Below the pieces are notes generated by a model. That model had not been told where the DNA came from. It saw only the letters and a list, made by a program, of their open reading frames with translations, and searched no databases. A DNA stretch of 64,000 nt from Candidatus Pacearchaeota archaeon (lineage in GTDB: Archaea; Nanobdellota; Nanobdellia; Pacearchaeales; GW2011-AR1), in NCBI GenBank assembly GCA_964202455.1, contig CAXNIJ010000001.1, forward strand, positions 46,080 through 110,079. The letters are read 5' to 3'. A program made the position numbers and the translations under genes. How positions within the stretch are numbered: position 1 is the stretch's first letter; every line of letters starts with the position of its first letter. Below, in pieces: positions 9,629-18,160 of the stretch.

Positions 9629-12600
9629 CTAAAACCACTTAGCAATACTTTCTTGTTTTTCTTTCTCTCTTCCAAAAATACTCTCAATATACATTTGATT
9701 AAGCTCCAAACTCTCTCTTAAATATTCACTTACTTGATAATCTCTAGCCAAATCCATTGCAGGTTGCATATATTTCAAAATACTTCCTTCTGAAATAGTG
9801 AATATTAATTTCCCCCCACATTTCAAACATTTACCTACTAAGGGTGGCCTTCTATAGCTTTCATTACATCCCACGCATCTAAATGCTTGCATAGAAAACT
9901 TCCTCAAATTACCACGAGTATCTCGAATAAAATGTCTTTCAATAATAAGTCTGGCCACATCTTTAACATCAACTGCCCTAATTTTTTTACATAATTCCAT
10001 CATAGATTTAACTTTATCTTTCATAGTTGGTAAAGATTTGTAAGAAGAATTCAAAACTCCAAGATTAATATTTGAACAATTATGGGTGAACATTGTTCCC
10101 GTGAATGGGTCTCTTCCGCTTTTTAGTCTAGATTTTACATTATCCATTTTAATTTCTGAAGAATGTTTTCCTTGTTCGGCCAATTGATAGAGTTCTAGTG
10201 GATATGTAGAAAGTTCAAAGTCTAGTATCTGGTCGTCTACGTCTCCCGCGCGAATACGTACATTTAGAACAAGTGGAGCATCTTGCGTCCCTCCTCGGTG
10301 GGCTGGTAAAAACTTACGAGAAAAATTTAGTAGCAAATCCATTAATAGCATCACCGCTGCTTCATCACCATCGCAGTCGCGCCTCATTGCTGCATGCATA
10401 AATGGGCTTGCAAGCATAGTCTGTGTTTTAGAAAATCCTATCAACCTTCCAACTGTCGCGGTACAAATATGTGGGGCAATACAAACAATCAATTTTCCGA
10501 GTAAGTCTTCACGAGTTTTAGCATTAAAATGTCTTGGCAAACCATAAAGTTTTTCAAGCTCATCATCAACAAATTGAGTAATTCTCAAAAAAACATCATC
10601 TGCTCTTTCATCTGGAGAAACAGGGCATGAAGGAAGAATAACATCATGTGCAAACATCTCAAGTATCTGTGATTCGTTCGTCAAAGGCGCGCCAAATATA
10701 TCCTTTTCATAACCTAATGTTTTTAATTTTTCAACACTAGCTCCAATCTCTTCAGGTTTAAAATGGGTAATCGTCATTTCAGTCATGTCATATCTTATAG
10801 TTCCATCTTTGTTGACGTTAAGTTGATACTTGGATCGGAGTAGTCCCTTAGCAAGATGTTCACAACTGTGGTCTTTGCTTGAAGTCCCTCTAATACCTTT
10901 AACTAATGGAACATCTTCGTTACGTAAATGTAGTTGTTTACGTGCAAAATCAAAATGTTGCTTAATATCTATCGATCTTTTTTTGTATTCTACAGTTCTC
11001 TCCCCCTCAATTTCTCCTTCAAGTACAATTCTGTCTGATTTGGGAGCATATCTTAATTTTATACATGAGCCGTTACATTTTTCACATCTGGGATAAATAG
11101 ATTCAATATCGCAAACTTTACAATGATAAAGAGAGAATTCTGCAAAAACACTTCCAACTTCAACCGCTTCTTGAACGCTCCTTAGTCTTCCTCCCTCTTC
11201 ACCTACTGGAAAAAGAACGTGCGGGCTTCCAATCAATTTACGTAGTTTCGATTTCTCCGGCCTACCCATTCTCGCGCCAATATATGTTCCAGATTTATCT
11301 TTTATATTGAAAAATGAAAATTTCCCAATCATTTCTAAAGAAGAGATTTCAGTAAATGTACTCATAATTGCAAGTCGCGATAGAACTTTCTCAGATAATG
11401 ATCCTTCTGAATATTCAATCCCTAAATTAGCAAACAATGCTTCTGCATTTTCGCAAGAAACAATTACATTGTCCAAAAAAACTTGATGTTCGAATCCAAT
11501 CAATTCCATCGCTCTTTTTGCAGAAGCTAGAAGTTCTCTTTCGCTAGAAGCATAAGGTAGAATTAATTTTCCTTCTTTTATTTCTCCTCGCCCAATCCAT
11601 TGGAGAAAATGAAAAAGTTGTTGTATTGTTATTTCTCTCCAAAAAAATATCCATCTGGGATGTAGTGCAACACCATATTGTTTAGAATATTCTTTTGCCT
11701 GTTTAACTGAAACATTGAATGCGTCAAAATCTGCAATGTCTGGCGCGGCCTTCTTTAGTTCTAAACTCCACCATTCTTCAACATATCCTGGTTTAAGAAG
11801 TTCATAATTTCTATTTGCAACATCCCCAAATGAGACAAGTAAATCTCCAAGATATAAAATTTCAACCGTATCTGGATAAATTTTCTGCGATTCTTCATAT
11901 GTCCATAATCTCTTTACGCTTCCATCTTTTAATCTTACAATTGGTCCGTCTATGCTATCGCACAATGAAATGGCGCAGCCTTTTGTTGGTTTCTCTATTT
12001 TTAACTGTGTTCCAAAAGAAAGAAAATCATCAGATATACCCATTGTTGCTGGATGTACACTTGTTGCAGAAAATCCTCCCGTTCGACTCCGACCATATCT
12101 AAATCTAAATCCTCCTGATCGAGATGGATGACTAAATACTGGTCTTCCTGCAACAAGATCTTTAATATATGTGGGGGAAGAATCTACGCTTCCTTTTTCT
12201 CTTTTCTTATGAAGTTCAATATATGCATCCAAAAATTCCCATCCTGTTGCCTTAAATCCCTTTGCTTGTGCTCCCCTAAGTAAACGTAGGCCTTTCTGTG
12301 CCTTCTGTGCAAGACCTTCTGAAAAAATAAGACACATTCCTCCCCTTATGAAATTCGTCTCAACTCGAGGTAAATCCTTATAATTAGAAACTTCTCTATC
12401 TTCACTAGGTTCTCCATGAATCTGAATTGGAATATTTTGTGCTAGAAAATAGATCTCTTCTTCAGTAGGAAGATATTGTAAGTTATTTACTCTTTCGTGA
12501 TAATCGTAATTCTCTGTAACGTATCTCTTTACTTCTTGTTCATCTGGATCAAATTTTGCAAATCCAAAAGTCTCTCGTAAATAATCAATTAACATTAATA

Positions 12601-13081
12601 CTACACAAGAAGCCGTAGTTCCCGCGCTTCTAATTGGGCCAGAAAAATATGCTTGCAAATATTCTTCTCCATTTTTAGTTTTAGCAACTTTAATTTCTGT
12701 AAAACCTTCAATCGGTGAAGATACAACTCCAAGAGTGATGTATGAAAAACCCACCCTTATTCCTGCATCCATGGCTTGAAGAAGACTTTCAAATTTACAA
12801 TATCGCTCTCGAGAAATTTCTTCGGCTATTTGAAATGCCACAGAAATATCAAGTTGCCCATATTGTTTTTCAAGATCAATAATTCGATCAATAATTTTTT
12901 TATCTTGTAACTGGGGATAGATTGTTGAAATAAGTCCTATTGACTTTTCAGCTAAAGTCATTGCAATGGGAATTTCTACATCGCTTACCGGATCTAGTCC
13001 CTGTATTCTAGCTTGTCTAGCAAGAGCAAAACTTTTCTGCACTTCGCTTTCAATATTTTCAAAATGTTGTTCGCTATTCAT
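9629..13081 (-). CDS. polC: DNA polymerase II (PolD) large subunit DP2
   Basis: 1150 aa; catalytic DPBB motif ...MRRDCDGDEAAVMLLMDLL..., C-terminal Cys4 Zn module (CVGCN...CLKCGG); no intein. Its start overlaps the DP1 stop by 8 nt. Confidence 0.95.
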   Translation of the reverse strand: MNSEQHFENIESEVQKSFALARQARIQGLDPVSDVEIPIAMTLAEKSIGLISTIYPQLQDKKIIDRIIDLEKQYGQLDISVAFQIAEEISRERYCKFESLLQAMDAGIRVGFSYITLGVVSSPIEGFTEIKVAKTKNGEEYLQAYFSGPIRSAGTTASCVVLMLIDYLRETFGFAKFDPDEQEVKRYVTENYDYHERVNNLQYLPTEEEIYFLAQNIPIQIHGEPSEDREVSNYKDLPRVETNFIRGGMCLIFSEGLAQKAQKGLRLLRGAQAKGFKATGWEFLDAYIELHKKREKGSVDSSPTYIKDLVAGRPVFSHPSRSGGFRFRYGRSRTGGFSATSVHPATMGISDDFLSFGTQLKIEKPTKGCAISLCDSIDGPIVRLKDGSVKRLWTYEESQKIYPDTVEILYLGDLLVSFGDVANRNYELLKPGYVEEWWSLELKKAAPDIADFDAFNVSVKQAKEYSKQYGVALHPRWIFFWREITIQQLFHFLQWIGRGEIKEGKLILPYASSERELLASAKRAMELIGFEHQVFLDNVIVSCENAEALFANLGIEYSEGSLSEKVLSRLAIMSTFTEISSLEMIGKFSFFNIKDKSGTYIGARMGRPEKSKLRKLIGSPHVLFPVGEEGGRLRSVQEAVEVGSVFAEFSLYHCKVCDIESIYPRCEKCNGSCIKLRYAPKSDRIVLEGEIEGERTVEYKKRSIDIKQHFDFARKQLHLRNEDVPLVKGIRGTSSKDHSCEHLAKGLLRSKYQLNVNKDGTIRYDMTEMTITHFKPEEIGASVEKLKTLGYEKDIFGAPLTNESQILEMFAHDVILPSCPVSPDERADDVFLRITQFVDDELEKLYGLPRHFNAKTREDLLGKLIVCIAPHICTATVGRLIGFSKTQTMLASPFMHAAMRRDCDGDEAAVMLLMDLLLNFSRKFLPAHRGGTQDAPLVLNVRIRAGDVDDQILDFELSTYPLELYQLAEQGKHSSEIKMDNVKSRLKSGRDPFTGTMFTHNCSNINLGVLNSSYKSLPTMKDKVKSMMELCKKIRAVDVKDVARLIIERHFIRDTRGNLRKFSMQAFRCVGCNESYRRPPLVGKCLKCGGKLIFTISEGSILKYMQPAMDLARDYQVSEYLRESLELNQMYIESIFGREKEKQESIAKWF

Positions 13082-14642
13082 TTTTTTCTCTCCGAATCAT
13101 TTCATCTTCATCTCCAAAATCAAGAATTTTTAGTTCACGAGTCTTTAAATTCAGAACTGGAACTTTTGCGGGATCTGGAATATTTCCTACTTTCTCTTCA
13201 AAGGGAGTCTGTCCCTGCCAACAACTTCCAGTAATAATCAAAACACCATTATAATTCTCTATATCTAGTCTGTGTACTTCTCCAGTACATAATACGTCAG
13301 GAACTTCCCCGATAACTAACGGATCTCTATCCACATTTGGAATATATACAACTGAGGAATGTGTGGGGGCAAGATGTCTTCTCTTTAACATGTGTCTCAC
13401 TGCTTTCGCAGGCGTACGATGTGCCTTCATAAGTCTTAATTCGGGAATCTCACTAATAAATGTGTGAATACTTGCGCCATGATACATTAAGACCTTAAAC
13501 TCTTTCTGCCCCTCTATCAATTTAACAAGTGTGGGATTTGTAACTAAAATTAAATTCTCGAGTTCATACATCTCTGCTGCATAACTCTTTGATAAAACGG
13601 GTTGTGGTTCGGCAACTCTCACGGCATCGTGTTGTCCGGGACACATAAACATGGTGATCTGCTTAGGAATTTGTTTTAAATATGAAGCAAGTAATGCATA
13701 TTGTTCTTTCATACTCTTCAATTTCAAAACGTTTTCTTGTCCTGGAAAAATGCCCACCCCATCTACATTATCTCCTACAAAAAAAATATATTTTATTTTA
13801 TGCGCTAGAGGATCGTCTCCTTTTATCCAGTTAAGAAAATTTTGTAAGCTTTTCCCTAAATGTCTATCGCTTCCGCAATGCATGTCCGATAGAAAAGCAA
13901 TACATGTCTCTTCTTCAAATCTAGCTTTATCGGGTATAAATGCGTCTGGATAATAAACATCTTGCACAAAAACCATATCTCTATTACCTGAGCCCTTTAT
14001 AGCGATTACGTCATCAAGTTGAATCTCTCCTGCAATAATTGCAAGCTCTTTTTTATCTACTCGTAGCATTACTGAAATTTCTCCAGTTAAGTCTTCTAAA
14101 ACTAAAATCATATTTTTATTCTTAGTTATTCTTTTTTCTCTTACCATCCCTATGATACTTAGTTGTTGTCTATTGCTTGAAATTTTGCTTATGGACATTA
14201 AACTTGTAAGATCAGGTCTTTGCATTAATATTCTTTGTAATTGTTGATATCTTGCGCGAAAATTCCCCGTAAAATCAGAAACTGTGAGTTTTTTATCAGT
14301 CTTAGTGTCTGCAGTAAATATCTGATATTTGTGTTGAAATTGTTCATCTGGAATTTTAACGACTTCTTCTTTTCGTATTTCTAAACTTATCCCCAAAGTA
14401 ACTATAACATTTTCAAGTGTCGCCTTGTCTTTACCTGCAAGTTTGGCAATTGTTTGTTGTAAATATGAACTATTACTATGTAGAATGGATTTTGTTATCA
14501 TTTTTTGTCCAGAATATCTTTCAAGCCCTTCTAAAAATGTTTTAGCATTCTCCAAATCTCCAAAACTATTTAATAAATCAAATACTTCTCTTTCAAGTAA
14601 GAGTCCACGTGATTTAATGTGGCGTAAAAGTTCTTCATGCAT
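13074..14642 (-). CDS. polB: DNA polymerase II (PolD) small subunit DP1 (calcineurin-like exonuclease subunit)
   Basis: 522 aa; N-terminal OB-fold region, then metallophosphatase motifs (FLSDMHCGS, FFVGDNVDG, GQHDA); operonic with DP2. Confidence 0.93.
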   Translation of the reverse strand: MHEELLRHIKSRGLLLEREVFDLLNSFGDLENAKTFLEGLERYSGQKMITKSILHSNSSYLQQTIAKLAGKDKATLENVIVTLGISLEIRKEEVVKIPDEQFQHKYQIFTADTKTDKKLTVSDFTGNFRARYQQLQRILMQRPDLTSLMSISKISSNRQQLSIIGMVREKRITKNKNMILVLEDLTGEISVMLRVDKKELAIIAGEIQLDDVIAIKGSGNRDMVFVQDVYYPDAFIPDKARFEEETCIAFLSDMHCGSDRHLGKSLQNFLNWIKGDDPLAHKIKYIFFVGDNVDGVGIFPGQENVLKLKSMKEQYALLASYLKQIPKQITMFMCPGQHDAVRVAEPQPVLSKSYAAEMYELENLILVTNPTLVKLIEGQKEFKVLMYHGASIHTFISEIPELRLMKAHRTPAKAVRHMLKRRHLAPTHSSVVYIPNVDRDPLVIGEVPDVLCTGEVHRLDIENYNGVLIITGSCWQGQTPFEEKVGNIPDPAKVPVLNLKTRELKILDFGDEDEMIRREKNE

Positions 14643-14674
14643 GTTTAGTTACTCCTAATAAAATGTAAAACATA

Positions 14675-15907
14675 TTATAGATACAAGGATTTATGAAGCA
14701 TCTCCTCCGCTTTTTCTAGCACTACAGGGGGAAGCATTAATTTAATCTCTCTGGTTCTTCCCTGCCTCCCTTTACTGATTACTCTAGTATTGATGAGGCC
14801 TAGCATATCAAACTCTCCAAGAATATCTGATACTCTTCTCTGTGTAAGAACCTCATTACGCGTCTTCTCACATAAATCTTGATATGCATTATAAACATCT
14901 CCCGTAAATATTTCTTCAACTTCTTTATTTTTATGGAGTGCTACTGTCGCGGCCAAAACTAATTGAAATTGTTTAGGAACTTTCTCAACGATATCTAGCA
15001 TTTTATCTTTTTCTATCTTCTGATTAGCAGTGTCTATATGTTCAACTCTAATTTTTTTCTCATTTTCTCTCTCAGTTAACTCTCCTGCAACTCTCAATAA
15101 ATCAAGTGCTCTTCGAGCATCCCCGTGCTCTCGAGCTGCATAAGCGGCGCATTTTTCTATAACTCCCTCCGCCAAAACTCCCTCTTTAAATGCCTGCAAA
15201 GATCTGATTCTGAGAATATCTTGTAATTGCAAGGCATTATATGATGGAAATACTAATTCTTCTTCACTCAGAGAACTTCTAACTCTTGGATCTATGTTAT
15301 CCATAAATGTCAGACTATTACTAATTCCAATTATACTTATTTGTGCATTCTTAAGTTCCGAATTTAATCTGGTAAGTGTATAAATAAATCTATCTGAAAT
15401 TTTTTTCACAGCTTCATCAATTTCATCAAGAATAATAATCACTACTTGTTTTTTAACATCTATAAGCTCGATAAATTTAAGATATACTTGATCTGTGGGT
15501 AGTCCTGTGGCGGGAATCGTTCCTTTTAGTTCATGAATCATCTCTGCAACGATTCTATACTCTGTGTCCGCCACCTTTTTTAATTTACAATTTACATAAA
15601 TAAATTGCAAATAATTTTCCCCCATCTCTTTTAGTTTTTCAAGGATTTTATCTCGAACATATTGTACACTTAACGTTTTTCCGCTCCCCGTATTCCCATA
15701 TACAAACAAATTACTAACTCTCTCTCCCCTTAAAGCCGGAGCAAGAATCGACGCCACTGCTTCAACTTGCGCCTCCCTATGGGTGATTTGTTCAGGAGTA
15801 TAGTTGGATTGAAGAACGGATTTATTCTTAAATAAATTATTAGATATAAAAGAACTAAAAATTTTATCCAGTTTATTCATCTCTTTTTCACCTTTGAAAA
15901 TAAACAC
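14675..15907 (-). CDS. cdc6: Orc1/Cdc6 replication initiator
   Basis: Walker A VYGNTGSGKTLS, Walker B IIILDEID, sensor regions and a C-terminal winged helix; the presumed origin lies immediately upstream. Confidence 0.95.
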   Translation of the reverse strand: MFIFKGEKEMNKLDKIFSSFISNNLFKNKSVLQSNYTPEQITHREAQVEAVASILAPALRGERVSNLFVYGNTGSGKTLSVQYVRDKILEKLKEMGENYLQFIYVNCKLKKVADTEYRIVAEMIHELKGTIPATGLPTDQVYLKFIELIDVKKQVVIIILDEIDEAVKKISDRFIYTLTRLNSELKNAQISIIGISNSLTFMDNIDPRVRSSLSEEELVFPSYNALQLQDILRIRSLQAFKEGVLAEGVIEKCAAYAAREHGDARRALDLLRVAGELTERENEKKIRVEHIDTANQKIEKDKMLDIVEKVPKQFQLVLAATVALHKNKEVEEIFTGDVYNAYQDLCEKTRNEVLTQRRVSDILGEFDMLGLINTRVISKGRQGRTREIKLMLPPVVLEKAEEMLHKSLYL

Positions 15908-16329
15908 CTTTTCTCATTATAAACATATCGCTTTTCTAAGCTTCATTTCCACTGAAGAAGAAGAAAATATAAAAGAAAAAAGACTAATTCAAACAAATTA
16001 TCTTAAAATAACAGACACCCTCATTTCCACTCGAGAATAATCTTTTTTTAATCTTCAAATCTTCAAATTAACACGAATAAATATAGATACTATATACTAT
16101 ATACTATATACTATATACTATACTATACAAAACTTTATAAAGGAAAAGAAGAGAAAGAAAAATCCCTCTATCCTTTTTAAACATTTTCTTTTTCTCCATA
16201 CGCAACCATGGGGTCACACCCCCCACAACTTCAAGACTCGTCTTCTCACCTCATAATCTTCCAGTCACACGTTCCCAAGAGTAAAAAAAACAGGCAAAGA
16301 TTTATATACAAAAGCTTTCTCCAGTACAT
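15908..16329. promoter_or_regulatory. Candidate replication origin (oriC): two ORB-like boxes plus an AT-rich tandem-repeat DUE
   Basis: TTCATTTCCACTGAAG (15942-15957) and TCATTTCCACTCGAG (16021-16035), same orientation, resemble the archaeal ORB core (reverse strand CAGTGGAAATGAA). A (TATATAC)n tandem repeat at 16086-16128 lies between cdc6 and the next gene. Confidence 0.65.
16086..16128. repeat. Heptamer tandem repeat (TATATAC)x5-6 inside the candidate origin
   Basis: actatatactatatactatatactatatactatactatac read directly. Confidence 0.8.
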
Positions 16330-16590
16330 ATGGGATTAGAAAAGAGGCCGTTAAAAGATATAATTGGAAAATTAGTAGTTACAAAAGAAGGTAGAAGACT
16401 TGGGTTTGTTAAAGATCTCAGTTTCGAAACTCGCACTGGCGAACTTATTCAATTAATTTTAAAAGACCCAACACCATACACTAGAAATCTCAACCTAGAA
16501 CTCTCTCCAAATAAAGAAGCGCTCATTCCTTACAACACAATAATCGCAATAGGAGATTTTGTCGTTATATCCGAAGAAGATTTAATCTAG
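16330..16590 (+). CDS. PRC-barrel domain protein
   Basis: 86 aa; IGKLVVTKEGRRLGFVKDLSFETRTGELIQLIL is a typical PRC-barrel signature. Confidence 0.5.
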   Translation: MGLEKRPLKDIIGKLVVTKEGRRLGFVKDLSFETRTGELIQLILKDPTPYTRNLNLELSPNKEALIPYNTIIAIGDFVVISEEDLI

Positions 16591-16637
16591 TTCTTAAATA
16601 AACAAATCTTTAAAAACTCTCATTTATACATTTCACC

Positions 16638-17075
16638 ATGAACATCATAGGATTTAATTATACTCAAGTTAGCGCATATAAGTCACAAACATTCAAAACA
16701 CCATTTACAATAAATACGAATATTGAATTTTTGTCTATTGACAAAGAAAAATTAGACATTCTTAAAGACACCGAAGCAATTCCAGCAAAATTCAAATTCA
16801 CTTTAGAATATCACGAAACAGATGAAAAAATAGCAGATAAAAAAGGACAAAAGCAGGGAGAAATATCTTTCGAAGGAACGCTCGTCCTTTCAGCAACAAA
16901 AGAAGAAGCAAAAGAACTTCTCAAATCCTGGAAAAAGAAAGAAATTCCTCAAAACCTTCGTCAACCACTCTTCAACACCATTTTACGTAAATGCACTTTT
17001 CGAGCTCTCGCTCTCCAAGAAGAACTTAATCTTCCAACTCACATAAATATTCCTCTAATTGAATTCAAGAAATAA
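16638..17075 (+). CDS. Hypothetical protein
   Basis: 145-aa ORF with no motif recognised. Confidence 0.3.
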   Translation: MNIIGFNYTQVSAYKSQTFKTPFTINTNIEFLSIDKEKLDILKDTEAIPAKFKFTLEYHETDEKIADKKGQKQGEISFEGTLVLSATKEEAKELLKSWKKKEIPQNLRQPLFNTILRKCTFRALALQEELNLPTHINIPLIEFKK

Positions 17076-17437
17076 TATAGATTCTCTAGACTGTCAAGGG
17101 GCGATAAGAAATTTAGATTTAATGTTAGGCAATATCCAATCTACACCAAGTCCCTTGCACGATAGATCTTACCACCCCATCCATCAACTACCTCCTTCCT
17201 TCTTTTTTCATTCGGAGAAGCAGTCTTACACAATAGAACTAGACGGAACAATGTCCATACAAATCAATCAAAAAAATTCTCTCAATCTAAACCATAATTA
17301 CGATTTTAGCATTTAATTTATTACTCGATCTTACCAATTGGAGAGTCAAAAGGGAATAGCTATTTTCACTCAAGATATTTTGACACTCTGTGTAAAGCAC
17401 TTCTGAGTTTGCTAGGTGACAAACTCAAGTTATTAAC

Positions 17438-18160
17438 TCATAATCTCCCCATTTCTCCAAAATCCATAACTTCAAGCTTCTCCCCCACAACCCAAATTCT
17501 AAATTTCTTTAAATCTAATTTCCATGCAAGACCCAAATCACTATTTCGAACATCACTTCCCACACTATGCTCACTAAAACTAGGCACAACAATTATTTTC
17601 CTTCCTTCAAATTTTCCTTCTAGAAAACATTTATATTTCTCACTCTTTACTCCATCTTCCAAAACAATCGCCGGATGCGCATGCCCCATAACCCACATTT
17701 CGACTTCCTTAGAATAAATCTCTCCAAAATCTCGATCTCCATGTAAAAAGCAAACTCCATCAGTACAATAAAAATTTCTTACTTCACTATTCTCTCTAAC
17801 TAAAAATCTCTTAAGTGCATCGTGATTTCCTTGCACAATTACTATTTTCTTACATTTCTCTCCAAAAAATTCCAACAACTTTTGAAAATCCTCTCGTTCT
17901 TGTCCTAGAACTGTTCCAAAAACGTGCTTCACATCTCCAAGCAAAACAACTTCATCAACATTCCCTGTTCTAGAAAATATCTCTTCAAAATCTTCCATCA
18001 TCTCTCCAAATAACTTTCTTCCCACACCAACACCAGAAATATTTAGAGCTTCTTCATACCCCAAATGTAAATCCCCAACAACAAGTATTCTTTTTCCATC
18101 AACTTCAACAAGCAGACATTTTCCAATATATGAAATTTCAACCATTTTTCTTCCCTTCAA
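17438..18160 (-). CDS. mpe: Calcineurin-like metallophosphoesterase (MPE) co-transcribed with Lhr
   Basis: GDLHLG, GDVKH, GNHD and GHAH motifs; overlaps the 3' end of lhr by 23 nt on the same strand. Confidence 0.8.
   Translation of the reverse strand: MKGRKMVEISYIGKCLLVEVDGKRILVVGDLHLGYEEALNISGVGVGRKLFGEMMEDFEEIFSRTGNVDEVVLLGDVKHVFGTVLGQEREDFQKLLEFFGEKCKKIVIVQGNHDALKRFLVRENSEVRNFYCTDGVCFLHGDRDFGEIYSKEVEMWVMGHAHPAIVLEDGVKSEKYKCFLEGKFEGRKIIVVPSFSEHSVGSDVRNSDLGLAWKLDLKKFRIWVVGEKLEVMDFGEMGRL

Noticed and set aside
9629-13081. Checked PolD DP2 (and Lhr, Cdc6, Rad50) for inteins
   Set aside because: Lengths and motif spacing are consistent with intein-free genes.
17059-17316. 85-aa ORF between 16638-17075 and the MPE gene
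   Set aside because: No start context or motifs, and it overlaps the end of the upstream ORF; likely intergenic.
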